Virus record (IMG/VR): IMGVR_UViG_3300032323_001387
Location: 108,209 to 172,208 of that record
DNA from: a virus
Strand: one strand, 5' to 3'
Length of the DNA stretch: 64,000 nucleotides
The notes below the pieces were generated by a model. The model saw only the letters and a list, made by a program, of their open reading frames with translations, did no database searches and was not told where the DNA came from. The position numbers were made by a program, and so were the translations under genes. This document shows positions 1-9,246 of this stretch, one piece after another; the first letter of the stretch is position 1; each line of letters starts with the position of its first letter.

Positions 1-2
1 CA

Positions 3-287
3 AGAGCAACTGATGCAGATAGTATTTTTGAACTAAGCAGCGGCAATAAAGTATATGTAGAAGAAGGAAATACACTGGGCAAAAGTTCTTGGACATTAGT
101 AACACCCGGGGTAATTACTCCTGGTATTACAGCATTAGTTTTTGCTAAAGAAAGCAGAATTAATACCACAGATGTAAGTGGAAACTACGGCGGCCCCGGA
201 AAAACATTAGAGATATCAGTAGACGAGACGGGCGAAATCAATTCTATCACTGAAGTAGATATTGATATCGACGGCGGCAACTTCTAA
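3..287 (+). CDS. 3' end of tail-fibre-related structural protein (partial)
   Basis: Open frame from window start, RATDAD...VYVEEG...W, ending IDGGNF*; motifs typical of phage tail fibre proteins; not in ORF track. Confidence 0.6.
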   Translation, partial: RATDADSIFELSSGNKVYVEEGNTLGKSSWTLVTPGVITPGITALVFAKESRINTTDVSGNYGGPGKTLEISVDETGEINSITEVDIDIDGGNF

Positions 288-386
288 TTTAACACCTGTT
301 TCTTACACATAGTACTTTGTTTTGGCTAAATACTAGACGAATAGTAGAAATCGAACGTTCTATAATTTCAAGGGGTATATACTCAA

Positions 387-3212
387 ATGGCCAATACAAT
401 TATTTTAAAGCGTAGTGCAACACCTGGCAAGGTACCAACGACAGGGCAGTTGGCATTAGGCGAAATCGCAATTAACACCTACGACGGTTTATTATACATC
501 AAAAAAGATGACGGAACAGCCAGTGTTGTTCAAATCGGTGGTGTAACCAGTGTTAACGGCGAAACCGGTGCAGTAACAATCGACACAGGCGACGTTGCTG
601 AAAACGGTAATCTTTATTTTACAAATGCTCGCGCACGTAGCGCGATCAGTGCAGGTTCCGGTATCACTTATAACAGTAGTACTGGTGCAATCAGCACAAC
701 ACAGACATTAACAACAGCAGGTACACCTACTTTTGCAGGTCTAACTTTAACTGGTGGTATCAGCAGCATTGCTGGTGACATCATTCCTAGCGCAGACATT
801 ACTTATGATCTAGGTAGTCCAACAAGACAGTGGAAAGATATCTACGTTGGTCCAGGTTCTTTGTACGTTAACGGAAGTAAAGTTCTAGAAGACAATTCTG
901 GTACTATTACATTCACAGCCGACGTTGATCAAAACATTCGCATCAACGCAGTTGGCGCAGGTGTATTACAATTAGGTTCTAGTACAACAAACGTTAACAT
1001 CGACGGCACACTACAAATCGCTAGCGGTAAGAACATTACTGACAGCTCTGGTATCAAAGTTAACTTCGGTGATAACATCGAAATGAACGGTAACAAAGTT
1101 ATCGGTCTTGGTGCTCCAAGTTCTGCAAACGATGCAGCTACAAAGACTTATGTTGATACAGCAATTGGTAATATTAGCACAAACAGTATCACACAAGGTA
1201 ACAGTAACGTTCAAGTTGTTGATACAGGTACTGGTACTGTTACAGTTACAGTTGACGGCAGCACAGCATTGACAGTAACCGCTAGCGGTGTTGTTATCGC
1301 AGGTAACATGACAGTTAACGGTACAACAACAAGCGTTAACTCAAATACAATCAGCTTGGCAGACAACATCATCACATTGAACAGTGATGCAACTGGTGCT
1401 CCAACACAAAACGCTGGTATTGAAGTTGAACGTGGTGACGAAGCCAACGTGCAAATTCGTTGGAACGAAGGCACACAACGTTGGACATTTACCAACGATG
1501 GCGCAGTTTATCACCCAATCGTAGTTAATACAGACGGTTTAACAGAAGGTTCAACAAACCTATATCATACAACAGCTCGTGCTCGTGGCGCTATTAGTGC
1601 TAGCAGCGCAACAGGTGTAAGTTACAACAGTTCTACCGGTGCAATCAGCTTAGGTTCTATTCCTAACAGCAGTTTGACAAACAACAGCATTACTATCAAC
1701 GGTACAAGCGTAGCACTTGGTGGTACACGTACTTTGGATACAGATGCAATCAGTGAAGGTTCTACAAACCAATATTTCACTACAGCTCGTGCACGTAGCA
1801 GTGTAAGTGCCGGTACAGGTATCAGCTACAACAGTACAACTGGTGCGATCAGTACAAGTGCTATTCCAAACGCAAGTTTGGCAAACAGCAGCGTTACAGT
1901 TGGTACAACAGCAATCGCATTGGGTGCAAGTGCTACTACACTGGGCGGATTGACAAGTGTTACATCTACTAGCTTCACTGGTGCTTTAACTGGTAACGCT
2001 GATACTGCTACAAGTGCAGGTAAGTGGACAACAGCACGTACAATTTCGTTGGGCGGTGACTTAACAGGTAGCGTGAGTTTCGACGGTAGCGCAAACGCAA
2101 CTTTAACTGCCACAGTGGCAGCTAACAGCGTTGCATTAGGTACAGACACAACTGGTAACTATATGGTTGACCTAACTGCTGGCACAGGCATCACAGTTAC
2201 TCATACACCAGGCGAAGGTTCTAACGCAACTGTAGCAGTTGACACAACTACAATCGCTACAAGAGCATACGTTGATAGTTCTGTTCAGGCTAAAGATAAC
2301 ACAGACGAGATCACTGAAGGTACAACAAACTTGTACTTCACTAATGCTCGCGCACGTGGTGCAGTTAGCTTTACAGCAGGCTCTGGTGCATACAACAGCA
2401 CAACAGGTGTTATCACAATTCCTACAAACACTAACCAATTGACTAACGGTGCAAACTTTGCAACGACCAGTTATGTTGATAGTGCAGTAGCAGGTAAAGA
2501 CAACACAGACGAAATCACAGAAGGTAGTACAAACTTGTATTTCACTAATGCTCGCGCACGTGGTGCAGTAAGTGTTACTGATGCAGGCGGCGACGGTAGT
2601 CTAAGTTACAATAGTACAACTGGTGTTATTACTTACACTGGTCCAAGTGCTAGCGAAGTACGTGCTCACTTCAGTGCAAGTACCGGTATAACAATTACTA
2701 ACGGTGCTATTGCAACAACAATTACTCAGTACACAGATGCATTGGCACGTGGTGCAGTAAGTGCAGGTACCGGTATTTCTTACAACAGCACAACTGGTGT
2801 AATTACTAACAGCTTATCTACAAGCGGTGGTTCAATCGGCGGCGCTATTGCAGTTAGCGGTGCAATTACAGCTACTGGTGAAATTACAGCTTACTTCTCT
2901 GACTTACGTTTGAAGACAAACATTGTTCCAATCGAAGATGCACTAGACAAAGTCGAAGCAATCAACGGTGTTACATTTGATCCAAACGACGCTGCTCTAG
3001 CATTAGGTATTGATGATCGTCACCAGATGGGTGTTATTGCTCAAGAAGTCGAAGCAGTTGCTCCTGAATTGGTATGTGACAGTGCATTTGCTGGTTACAA
3101 AACAGTTCGTTATGACAAGCTAACAGCATTGTTGATCGAAGCAGTTAAAGAATTAAGTGCTAAAGTGAAGACACTGGAAGCACAGTTGGGTAACACAAAG
3201 CCAACATTATAA
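387..3212 (+). CDS. long tail fibre protein with C-terminal S74 intramolecular chaperone
   Basis: N-terminal ILKRS..PGKVP...LGEIAIN motif; G/T/S-rich repeats; C-terminal SDLRLKTNI...GVIAQEVE...V.YDKLTALLIEAVKEL chaperone signature. Confidence 0.85.
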   Translation: MANTIILKRSATPGKVPTTGQLALGEIAINTYDGLLYIKKDDGTASVVQIGGVTSVNGETGAVTIDTGDVAENGNLYFTNARARSAISAGSGITYNSSTGAISTTQTLTTAGTPTFAGLTLTGGISSIAGDIIPSADITYDLGSPTRQWKDIYVGPGSLYVNGSKVLEDNSGTITFTADVDQNIRINAVGAGVLQLGSSTTNVNIDGTLQIASGKNITDSSGIKVNFGDNIEMNGNKVIGLGAPSSANDAATKTYVDTAIGNISTNSITQGNSNVQVVDTGTGTVTVTVDGSTALTVTASGVVIAGNMTVNGTTTSVNSNTISLADNIITLNSDATGAPTQNAGIEVERGDEANVQIRWNEGTQRWTFTNDGAVYHPIVVNTDGLTEGSTNLYHTTARARGAISASSATGVSYNSSTGAISLGSIPNSSLTNNSITINGTSVALGGTRTLDTDAISEGSTNQYFTTARARSSVSAGTGISYNSTTGAISTSAIPNASLANSSVTVGTTAIALGASATTLGGLTSVTSTSFTGALTGNADTATSAGKWTTARTISLGGDLTGSVSFDGSANATLTATVAANSVALGTDTTGNYMVDLTAGTGITVTHTPGEGSNATVAVDTTTIATRAYVDSSVQAKDNTDEITEGTTNLYFTNARARGAVSFTAGSGAYNSTTGVITIPTNTNQLTNGANFATTSYVDSAVAGKDNTDEITEGSTNLYFTNARARGAVSVTDAGGDGSLSYNSTTGVITYTGPSASEVRAHFSASTGITITNGAIATTITQYTDALARGAVSAGTGISYNSTTGVITNSLSTSGGSIGGAIAVSGAITATGEITAYFSDLRLKTNIVPIEDALDKVEAINGVTFDPNDAALALGIDDRHQMGVIAQEVEAVAPELVCDSAFAGYKTVRYDKLTALLIEAVKELSAKVKTLEAQLGNTKPTL
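2291..2569 (+). repeat. near-identical ~75-nt direct repeat (2291-2365 / 2495-2569) in tail fibre
   Basis: Both copies encode KDNTDEITEG(T/S)TNLYFTNARARGAV; offset 204 nt. Confidence 0.9.
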
Positions 3213-3221
3213 TTTCCGGAA

Positions 3222-3249
3222 ATTAAATGGGACTACGGTCCCATTTAAT
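3222..3249 (+). terminator. hairpin after tail fibre
   Basis: ATTAAATGGGAC-TACG-GTCCCATTTAAT. Confidence 0.7.
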
Positions 3250-3277
3250 AGGATAAATAAACGAATAGGAGATTATA

Positions 3278-3472
3278 ATGGCAGTTTTACCAGCAACAGG
3301 TTCTGAAATTGTTATGGGTCGTGTTAGACAATCATATAATAACGTAGCCCCAGGTGCCGGCCAAAATATTTCATTAGGTGGTACACTTGGTGGATTTTTA
3401 GGACAATCAGCAGGAACTCAAATTAGCTTGAGTTCTAGATTCGGCGGCAGATTAACACCGTTCAACTACTAA
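3278..3472 (+). CDS. small tail-fibre-associated protein
   Basis: AGGAG RBS, TAAATA upstream; M.LP..G..I N-terminus seen in small proteins after S74 fibres. Confidence 0.5.
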   Translation: MAVLPATGSEIVMGRVRQSYNNVAPGAGQNISLGGTLGGFLGQSAGTQISLSSRFGGRLTPFNY

Positions 3473-3488
3473 TCTTAAGATAGAGAAC

Positions 3489-3518
3489 TATAAATACCTC
3501 AGTAACCCTGAGGTATTT
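3489..3518 (+). promoter_or_regulatory. late promoter TATAAATA overlapping an RBS-sequestering hairpin
   Basis: TATAAATA 3489-3496; AAATACCTCAG 3492-3502 pairs with CTGAGGTATTT 3508-3518. Confidence 0.65.
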
Positions 3519-3520
3519 TT

Positions 3521-4105
3521 ATGGCTAAACAAAAAACGGTACAACATGAAAAAGATGAAGTATTAGAGCAATTATTTGCACTATGTCCTTTCAACTCGAC
3601 GAGTGAGTTTGAAAGACAAAACTTTATTGAATTAACAGGCGTAGCTCGCGCTCGTTATATAGTTTCTGTAATTAACAGAATTAGAAAAATCGACAGCGAT
3701 TTAGAACTAGAGCAACGTACATTTGAACAAAATTGTTTGTTAGAAGAACGTGCGTACTTGGTTAAATTTATTAAAAATGAACCACAGAATGAACTTCAAT
3801 CTATACTTACAAATTGGCAAATTACTGAAGAAGAGTATTGGATTGACTACCTAGGAAAAATTGCCGCTATAGAATTATTGACAATAGGCAAGCCTAGTTT
3901 AGAAACCATGACAAAAATGGTTAAACTTCCAGAAAGTGCTTATATTAAAGCTACACAAATCTGTGTTAAGTTAGCAAACGCAATCAAAGAAGCTACTGTA
4001 ATGGCAGAACAAGAAATTGGTATTGATACAAATAACACTGCGGATGTTACAGATCCATCGGCGCCTTCTCAACCTAAGAAATTAAAACTTAAAAAAATTA
4101 AATGA
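3521..4105 (+). CDS. hypothetical protein
   Basis: 194-aa ORF with GAGG RBS. Confidence 0.6.
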   Translation: MAKQKTVQHEKDEVLEQLFALCPFNSTSEFERQNFIELTGVARARYIVSVINRIRKIDSDLELEQRTFEQNCLLEERAYLVKFIKNEPQNELQSILTNWQITEEEYWIDYLGKIAAIELLTIGKPSLETMTKMVKLPESAYIKATQICVKLANAIKEATVMAEQEIGIDTNNTADVTDPSAPSQPKKLKLKKIK

Positions 4106-4746
4106 ACTATAATGAAATTCGATTAGCAATTTGTATCCCTACCAGGGATACAATGCACAGTGGTTGCACGTATTCGCTGTATAATCTTTCGCAAAAGCTA
4201 ACCGAACACGATATAGATCATAAATTATTTTTAAGTCCAGGAACACTAATAGCAAACCAACGGCATGAATTAGTATTATCTGCAATAGAATGGGGTGCTA
4301 CTCATGTCATGTTTATTGACAGTGACATAGAGTTTCAACCCTATCATGTATTTGATTTATTGGAATTCAATGAATTAATTGTAGGAGCTGCATATAGTAA
4401 ACGAGTTGAACCGTTTATAACAACAGCTTGGCATAAAATATACGATTGGAATTCACACGTAGATGTAACTACGCAAACCGATAGCCATATACAAGTAGAA
4501 TGTATGGCGCTAGGTTTTTGTTTAATTAATACATCTGTATTTGAACAACTAGAACTGCCATGGTTTATATTAGGCTACAATAAAGAAGTGCATCAATATA
4601 CAGGCGAGGATATTGAATTTTTTAGGCAATGCAATGACGTCGGAATTCCGATTTGGCTTGATATAGCTACTACCTGCGAACTAGGACATTTAGGAACAAA
4701 ATCATTTAAAGTTGCTGGCGGTATCGAAGTAGACCCTGCCATTTAG
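4102..4746 (+). CDS. GT-A fold (family 2-like) glycosyltransferase
   Basis: LAICIP, IANQR, HVMFIDSDI (DxD), GF.LI, GED..F, GHLG motifs. Confidence 0.75.
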   Translation: MNYNEIRLAICIPTRDTMHSGCTYSLYNLSQKLTEHDIDHKLFLSPGTLIANQRHELVLSAIEWGATHVMFIDSDIEFQPYHVFDLLEFNELIVGAAYSKRVEPFITTAWHKIYDWNSHVDVTTQTDSHIQVECMALGFCLINTSVFEQLELPWFILGYNKEVHQYTGEDIEFFRQCNDVGIPIWLDIATTCELGHLGTKSFKVAGGIEVDPAI

Positions 4747-5092
4747 TATTCCATCTGTTTAGTTTAAGTATGTTAGCTTCTGCAGATACTATATTATCTT
4801 TATCTGCAAAATATCGTTGAACTGCAAGATCCTTTTCTGTATTGTCAATAAGCATGTTCAATGTGTTATCTTTAGTAGACAATAGTAACTTTATAATGGG
4901 ATGATCCATGTCTTCTAGATTTAGTAAATGCTGAGTTTGTAAATACCAACGTTCTACGTAACTTATTTCAGGTTTAAATAAAGTATTCAGCAACGGATTG
5001 TTTAGCCGCACATCCCAGCAATAGTATAAGTCTAATGATCTAGCGACTTTAAGAGGTTGTTCCTTTTTGGGAAATGGTATTATTTCTGCCAT
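4706..5092 (-). CDS. hypothetical protein
   Basis: 128-aa ORF overlapping the Nudix gene. Confidence 0.55.
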   Translation of the reverse strand: MAEIIPFPKKEQPLKVARSLDLYYCWDVRLNNPLLNTLFKPEISYVERWYLQTQHLLNLEDMDHPIIKLLLSTKDNTLNMLIDNTEKDLAVQRYFADKDNIVSAEANILKLNRWNTKWQGLLRYRQQL

Positions 5093-5540
5093 TCTTTTTG
5101 TCCATCCAATTATAAAAATTCTTAAACTTTTCTTTCAACCGTTTTGAACTCAACATCTGCCTAGTCTTTGGATGTAAAGGGCCAGGCAAGTGATCTATAT
5201 CGGTCCATGCATATCCTATATTCTCTTCGTTCAGCTCTGGTATAAACTCTTTATTAACTAATACAATATATGTGTCGTAGACAAAATCTTTACTACGACT
5301 ATGATAACTATGCAACGGTATTATTTTTTTAATTTTTGTTAGTTGTAATTCTTCTTGTAACTCTCTCTTTAACGCATCTATAGGTTGTTCATCGGATTCT
5401 ACTTTACCGCCAGCAAAGGTCCAAGTGTTAGGATGACTTTCAGTAGGGCTTCTTAGAACAGACATAACTTTATTAGTTTGCTCACTGAGAATAATTGCAC
5501 CTACACCTTTAAACTGCTTCACAGATATAATCTCCACCAT
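5049..5540 (-). CDS. Nudix hydrolase
   Basis: GGKVESDEQPIDALKRELQEEL Nudix box. Confidence 0.9.
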   Translation of the reverse strand: MVEIISVKQFKGVGAIILSEQTNKVMSVLRSPTESHPNTWTFAGGKVESDEQPIDALKRELQEELQLTKIKKIIPLHSYHSRSKDFVYDTYIVLVNKEFIPELNEENIGYAWTDIDHLPGPLHPKTRQMLSSKRLKEKFKNFYNWMDKKNGRNNTISQKGTTS

Positions 5541-6877
5541 CCATTTTGATAAGTTCCTTCAACAGCACTGATCCATTGACCATTTCGCCATTCATATGTT
5601 AAACTCGTTGTAGTATTTAACACCACAGCATTAGAATTGCTAGTACTATCAAATGACACAGTCCATGTACTTCCGTTGTATTGTATAATGTCATTGGCTC
5701 TAGCATTTACTATACCCCAGTATGAATTGTTAGGAACATCTTCTAAAATTAAGTAACGTTGCCCTGTAATAGCTGCTGGTAAATTTTTTCCTGGAGCACT
5801 TTTACTAGGATTAATAATAGCATTAACTGCGGCTTCTGTAGATGGAGGTAAACTATCGCTGTCCACAGATATGTAAGCAACATTTGATTTAGTAGGATCT
5901 TCATCCAAACTATCTATTACTGCAACAATGTCAGAACTAGGGTCACTGGGATCTATACCACGACGTAATCTTAGATTACTAATACCAGACTTCATTTCAC
6001 CGAATGGTTTAAGTATATTTGCCCAACTTAATAAATCGCCATTACTATCAGTGCCACCTCCTGCACTGTTTAATATTATTGCTCGATCACCTGTAATTTG
6101 TAATTGTAATTTTAAATTTTCAAAAGTAACAACTACCCATTCCTTGTTAGGAACAGGATCGCTGGGATTCCAATCTAACATACTATCGTTCTGCTTCTTT
6201 TTAATTTCAGTAAGGATGGTATGAATAAGTGTTTGTCGTTTAACTTTAGCAGGAGGATTGATTAGAATAGGCAATGTAAAGTTTAATGCGGCAACATCAA
6301 TGATGTCATCAGTACCTTGCGGCACACTTCTAACAGTCCAAACTACGTTAACTAATTCTGTGTAAGTTAAGTTACTCCAGTCAAATTGATTGTCGTTGGT
6401 TTTTAAGTTAATACTAGGATTGAACAATACTAATAATTGTTCCATTAGTTGTAGTTTTTGATCTGTATTGCTGGTCCATATATCCACTTGAACAGTCAAG
6501 TCATATGGTACAGGCATATAGCGTTCGATGGTATAAGTGTTGCCTACTTCACCTTCTAAATATTGTCCAGTAACGTTGTCAAACTTCTTTTCATAAACAC
6601 GTTGAGTATCTACGTGTGTAGGGTTTGTTCTACGTTCTGCACTAATTTGTAAATCAGTTACATAGCAACTGATAAATGGTACAGTATTGATAGCATTCTC
6701 ACTTTGGTTCTTTAGTATGTGTGCAGCCATACGATTAATATCACCATAGCGTACTGGCACTTGAATGTAGCTTTCATTGCCATCTCTGTCTTTGCCAGTT
6801 TTGACACTAAACCCACCTAAGATCCGCATAAATTGCAGTAAGTATTTTCTTATTTGTTCATCGTAAAAATATTGCAT
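5519..6877 (-). CDS. gp15: tail sheath stabiliser/terminator (T4 gp15-like) with C-terminal extension
   Basis: YFYDEQIRK, VPVRYG, PVPY.L...IW, QLMEQ.L..FNP motifs of gp15 family. Confidence 0.75.
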   Translation of the reverse strand: MQYFYDEQIRKYLLQFMRILGGFSVKTGKDRDGNESYIQVPVRYGDINRMAAHILKNQSENAINTVPFISCYVTDLQISAERRTNPTHVDTQRVYEKKFDNVTGQYLEGEVGNTYTIERYMPVPYDLTVQVDIWTSNTDQKLQLMEQLLVLFNPSINLKTNDNQFDWSNLTYTELVNVVWTVRSVPQGTDDIIDVAALNFTLPILINPPAKVKRQTLIHTILTEIKKKQNDSMLDWNPSDPVPNKEWVVVTFENLKLQLQITGDRAIILNSAGGGTDSNGDLLSWANILKPFGEMKSGISNLRLRRGIDPSDPSSDIVAVIDSLDEDPTKSNVAYISVDSDSLPPSTEAAVNAIINPSKSAPGKNLPAAITGQRYLILEDVPNNSYWGIVNARANDIIQYNGSTWTVSFDSTSNSNAVVLNTTTSLTYEWRNGQWISAVEGTYQNGWWRLYL

Positions 6878-6879
6878 GG

Positions 6880-7932
6880 TTAATCTGCCTTGGGTTTAAC
6901 TACTTGACTTAATGCTTGACGTTCTGGCATTTCCTTACCGCCTACAACAGTTATGTTATCATTATTAATAAATCCAGCACCGTTGAGAACTTTGTCTCGC
7001 AGATCAACTGGACCGTTTGGTGTATTGATTCGTTGCCAACGAGTGCCACGATAAGCAAACATTGCAGGCGGTTGATAGTCAGTGCGTAAGAAGAAATCTC
7101 CTTGATGTGGATTTAGAGGGAAACTCAATCCTTCATTTAATGCTTCACCATGATCATATGTTGGATTTGCATCGCGCTGATAATTCTTACTAGTATCTTG
7201 TAATCCGTCTGTATTGGCTGTATTATCTAATATGTTGGGAGATAGCTGTTCACCTCGAGCAACAATAGCATTAGATATTTCTAATTCTTTTTGATATGTA
7301 CTTAACGCATCTTTTAATGTATCGTTGCCATAGTCATTGGCTTTGTTTTGTAAAATATCTCTGTACTCTTGAGCATCTGTCATCGGACTTGCTTTAATGC
7401 GCCAGATGTGTGGATACCAAGTTTGACTAAAACCTTCAGCGGCACGACTAGCATCTTGAACAACATAAAATTTATTTACAGCTGGTTTGCTTTGATCTAA
7501 CAATAGGTCGTCTCTAATATGTGGTAGTTCAATGACATCACCTGCCATTAGTTTTCTACCCATGCGTTCAACCATGTCATTGGTATGTAAACTGATAAAA
7601 ATAGTGTCAGCACTTAGAAACAATCCAAACTGAGTTAGGTCAAAGTCTTGATCTCCTACGTTATAAACTCCTCGAAGTTCATAGACGTCTGGATCATAAA
7701 TCCTATCACGATTCTCTAAGAACAATAAGTCTTGAATTTTAGTTTCGTTGAGTACGTCGTCGGCCTTGTAGTTAGGCTTGGTTGGATCAGTACTGGCGCC
7801 CTGATCTGCTGGTTGTAAATATTTGTGTACTAACACGCCAGTCCCGCCTACCATAAATTGTTCGCGGATAAGTCTATCCATGAAATGGTAGTCGTTGGTT
7901 TTTTCGGATTTCCACAGGCTTAGTCTTGGCAT
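6880..7932 (-). CDS. gp14: neck/head closure protein (T4 gp14-like)
   Basis: DRLIREQ..V.G..V, LTQFGL, GDVI.LP; adjacent to gp15-like gene. Confidence 0.6.
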   Translation of the reverse strand: MPRLSLWKSEKTNDYHFMDRLIREQFMVGGTGVLVHKYLQPADQGASTDPTKPNYKADDVLNETKIQDLLFLENRDRIYDPDVYELRGVYNVGDQDFDLTQFGLFLSADTIFISLHTNDMVERMGRKLMAGDVIELPHIRDDLLLDQSKPAVNKFYVVQDASRAAEGFSQTWYPHIWRIKASPMTDAQEYRDILQNKANDYGNDTLKDALSTYQKELEISNAIVARGEQLSPNILDNTANTDGLQDTSKNYQRDANPTYDHGEALNEGLSFPLNPHQGDFFLRTDYQPPAMFAYRGTRWQRINTPNGPVDLRDKVLNGAGFINNDNITVVGGKEMPERQALSQVVKPKAD

Positions 7933-8024
7933 AATGTACTATTTACCTAAAGTTTTTCTTTGGCTATCTTTTAAATTACTGTGTTTCGTATAAATAGTTA
8001 CAATACACTTTAAAGGATTTTATC

Positions 8025-8672
8025 ATGACTATTACAGATAACTGGGTAAAAGTTTTCCCTGCGAACACATTAGGAACTCCAGAATTGGCATATTTCGTAG
8101 TTGATATAGGCACAGATATTGAAACAAACTACACAGCAAGTGATAGCTTGTATTCTAAAGCAGTTAGAGCACTACAGTTAAAAACAGACTTATATATGGT
8201 AGGCGTACCAGACGGTAACATCTTTACATTTGCCGCTAGAGTATCATCTATCCCAGGTGCAGTTGCTGGCTCAATATCCGGCACTATCCCTAGTTTGGGC
8301 GATGACATCGCTGAATTTATCAGTGACGAAACAGTGACAAGTATTTCTGTACGTTCCGGAGGAACTGCCAATGACGTGGGTGACGAATTTGAATTCCGTC
8401 ATGCTTCTTTTGCTACACCATTAAGAGTTCGCGTTACAGCATCTAACTCAGGTGTTGCCACAGCAGTATCGATTGTAAACGGCGGAGTATGGACCGATGA
8501 TAATTCATACCCTGACAATACTACAGCAGGTGGATTTACCAGAGTGCAAGTTGCCGCAGGCCAGGATTGGAATGGCAACAATTTACAAGTCAACATTAAC
8601 TCCTGGGGACTAAGTGATGTTCAAGTTTACAATGCCAGCATTGTAGGCGGCAATCTAGTCTGGAACGACTAA
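8025..8672 (+). CDS. putative virion structural protein
   Basis: TATAAATA late promoter upstream; beta-rich with VTSISVRSGG / AVSIVNGG repeats. Confidence 0.55.
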   Translation: MTITDNWVKVFPANTLGTPELAYFVVDIGTDIETNYTASDSLYSKAVRALQLKTDLYMVGVPDGNIFTFAARVSSIPGAVAGSISGTIPSLGDDIAEFISDETVTSISVRSGGTANDVGDEFEFRHASFATPLRVRVTASNSGVATAVSIVNGGVWTDDNSYPDNTTAGGFTRVQVAAGQDWNGNNLQVNINSWGLSDVQVYNASIVGGNLVWND

Positions 8673-8690
8673 TAAAAACAAAAGTATTAC

Positions 8691-8713
8691 AAACCCGCTT
8701 CGGCGGGTTTTTT
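8691..8713 (+). terminator. rho-independent terminator
   Basis: AAACCCGC-TTCG-GCGGGTTT TTT. Confidence 0.9.
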
Positions 8714-8714
8714 A

Positions 8715-8743
8715 TTGACACAAATTGGTTTTGGTAATATAAT
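8715..8743 (+). promoter_or_regulatory. sigma70-type early promoter (TTGACACAAATTGG family)
   Basis: TTGACA-N17-TATAAT perfect consensus. Confidence 0.85.
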
Positions 8744-8771
8744 ACACTTATAGACAGTAAAAAGGTCCAGA

Positions 8772-9209
8772 ATGGAATATAAAGTCGAAGCAACTAGCCA
8801 AAAAATACAAAAGTTTTTGGAATCACTGATGCCTTCGTTTATTGAACAACTTGGGTTGACTAACAGTAAACGAGCAGTTCTAGTAAAAGTCACAAAAGAT
8901 TTGGAAAAAGAGTTCCAAGGCTCTACTATGAACATTGAGTTCGCTGATTGTATGCTAGTGTTGATCAGGGCGCCCAAAAGAATCACCCCAATGGCTTTAA
9001 TAGAAATGGCTACTACTTTAGCACACGAAATGGTACACGTAAGGCAGCTGGCCAAAGGTATTATGCGTTTCGACCGCGGCGATGTAAGATATTGGAAAGG
9101 CAAAAGGTATACCAAAAAAACCAAGTATTTGGACATGCCATGGGAAATAGATGCCTTTTCAAAGCAAGAACTTTTGGTGCGCCGCGCATTTGAAATTGAC
9201 ACAAAATAG
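8772..9209 (+). CDS. small HEXXH zinc metallopeptidase-like protein
   Basis: TLAHEMVHVRQ ... PWEIDA. Confidence 0.7.
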   Translation: MEYKVEATSQKIQKFLESLMPSFIEQLGLTNSKRAVLVKVTKDLEKEFQGSTMNIEFADCMLVLIRAPKRITPMALIEMATTLAHEMVHVRQLAKGIMRFDRGDVRYWKGKRYTKKTKYLDMPWEIDAFSKQELLVRRAFEIDTK

Positions 9210-9224
9210 AAGTTAGCATATAAT
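9196..9224 (+). promoter_or_regulatory. sigma70-type early promoter
   Basis: TTGACA-N17-TATAAT. Confidence 0.8.
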
Positions 9225-9246
9225 TACATTTTACCTAGGAGTAAAC

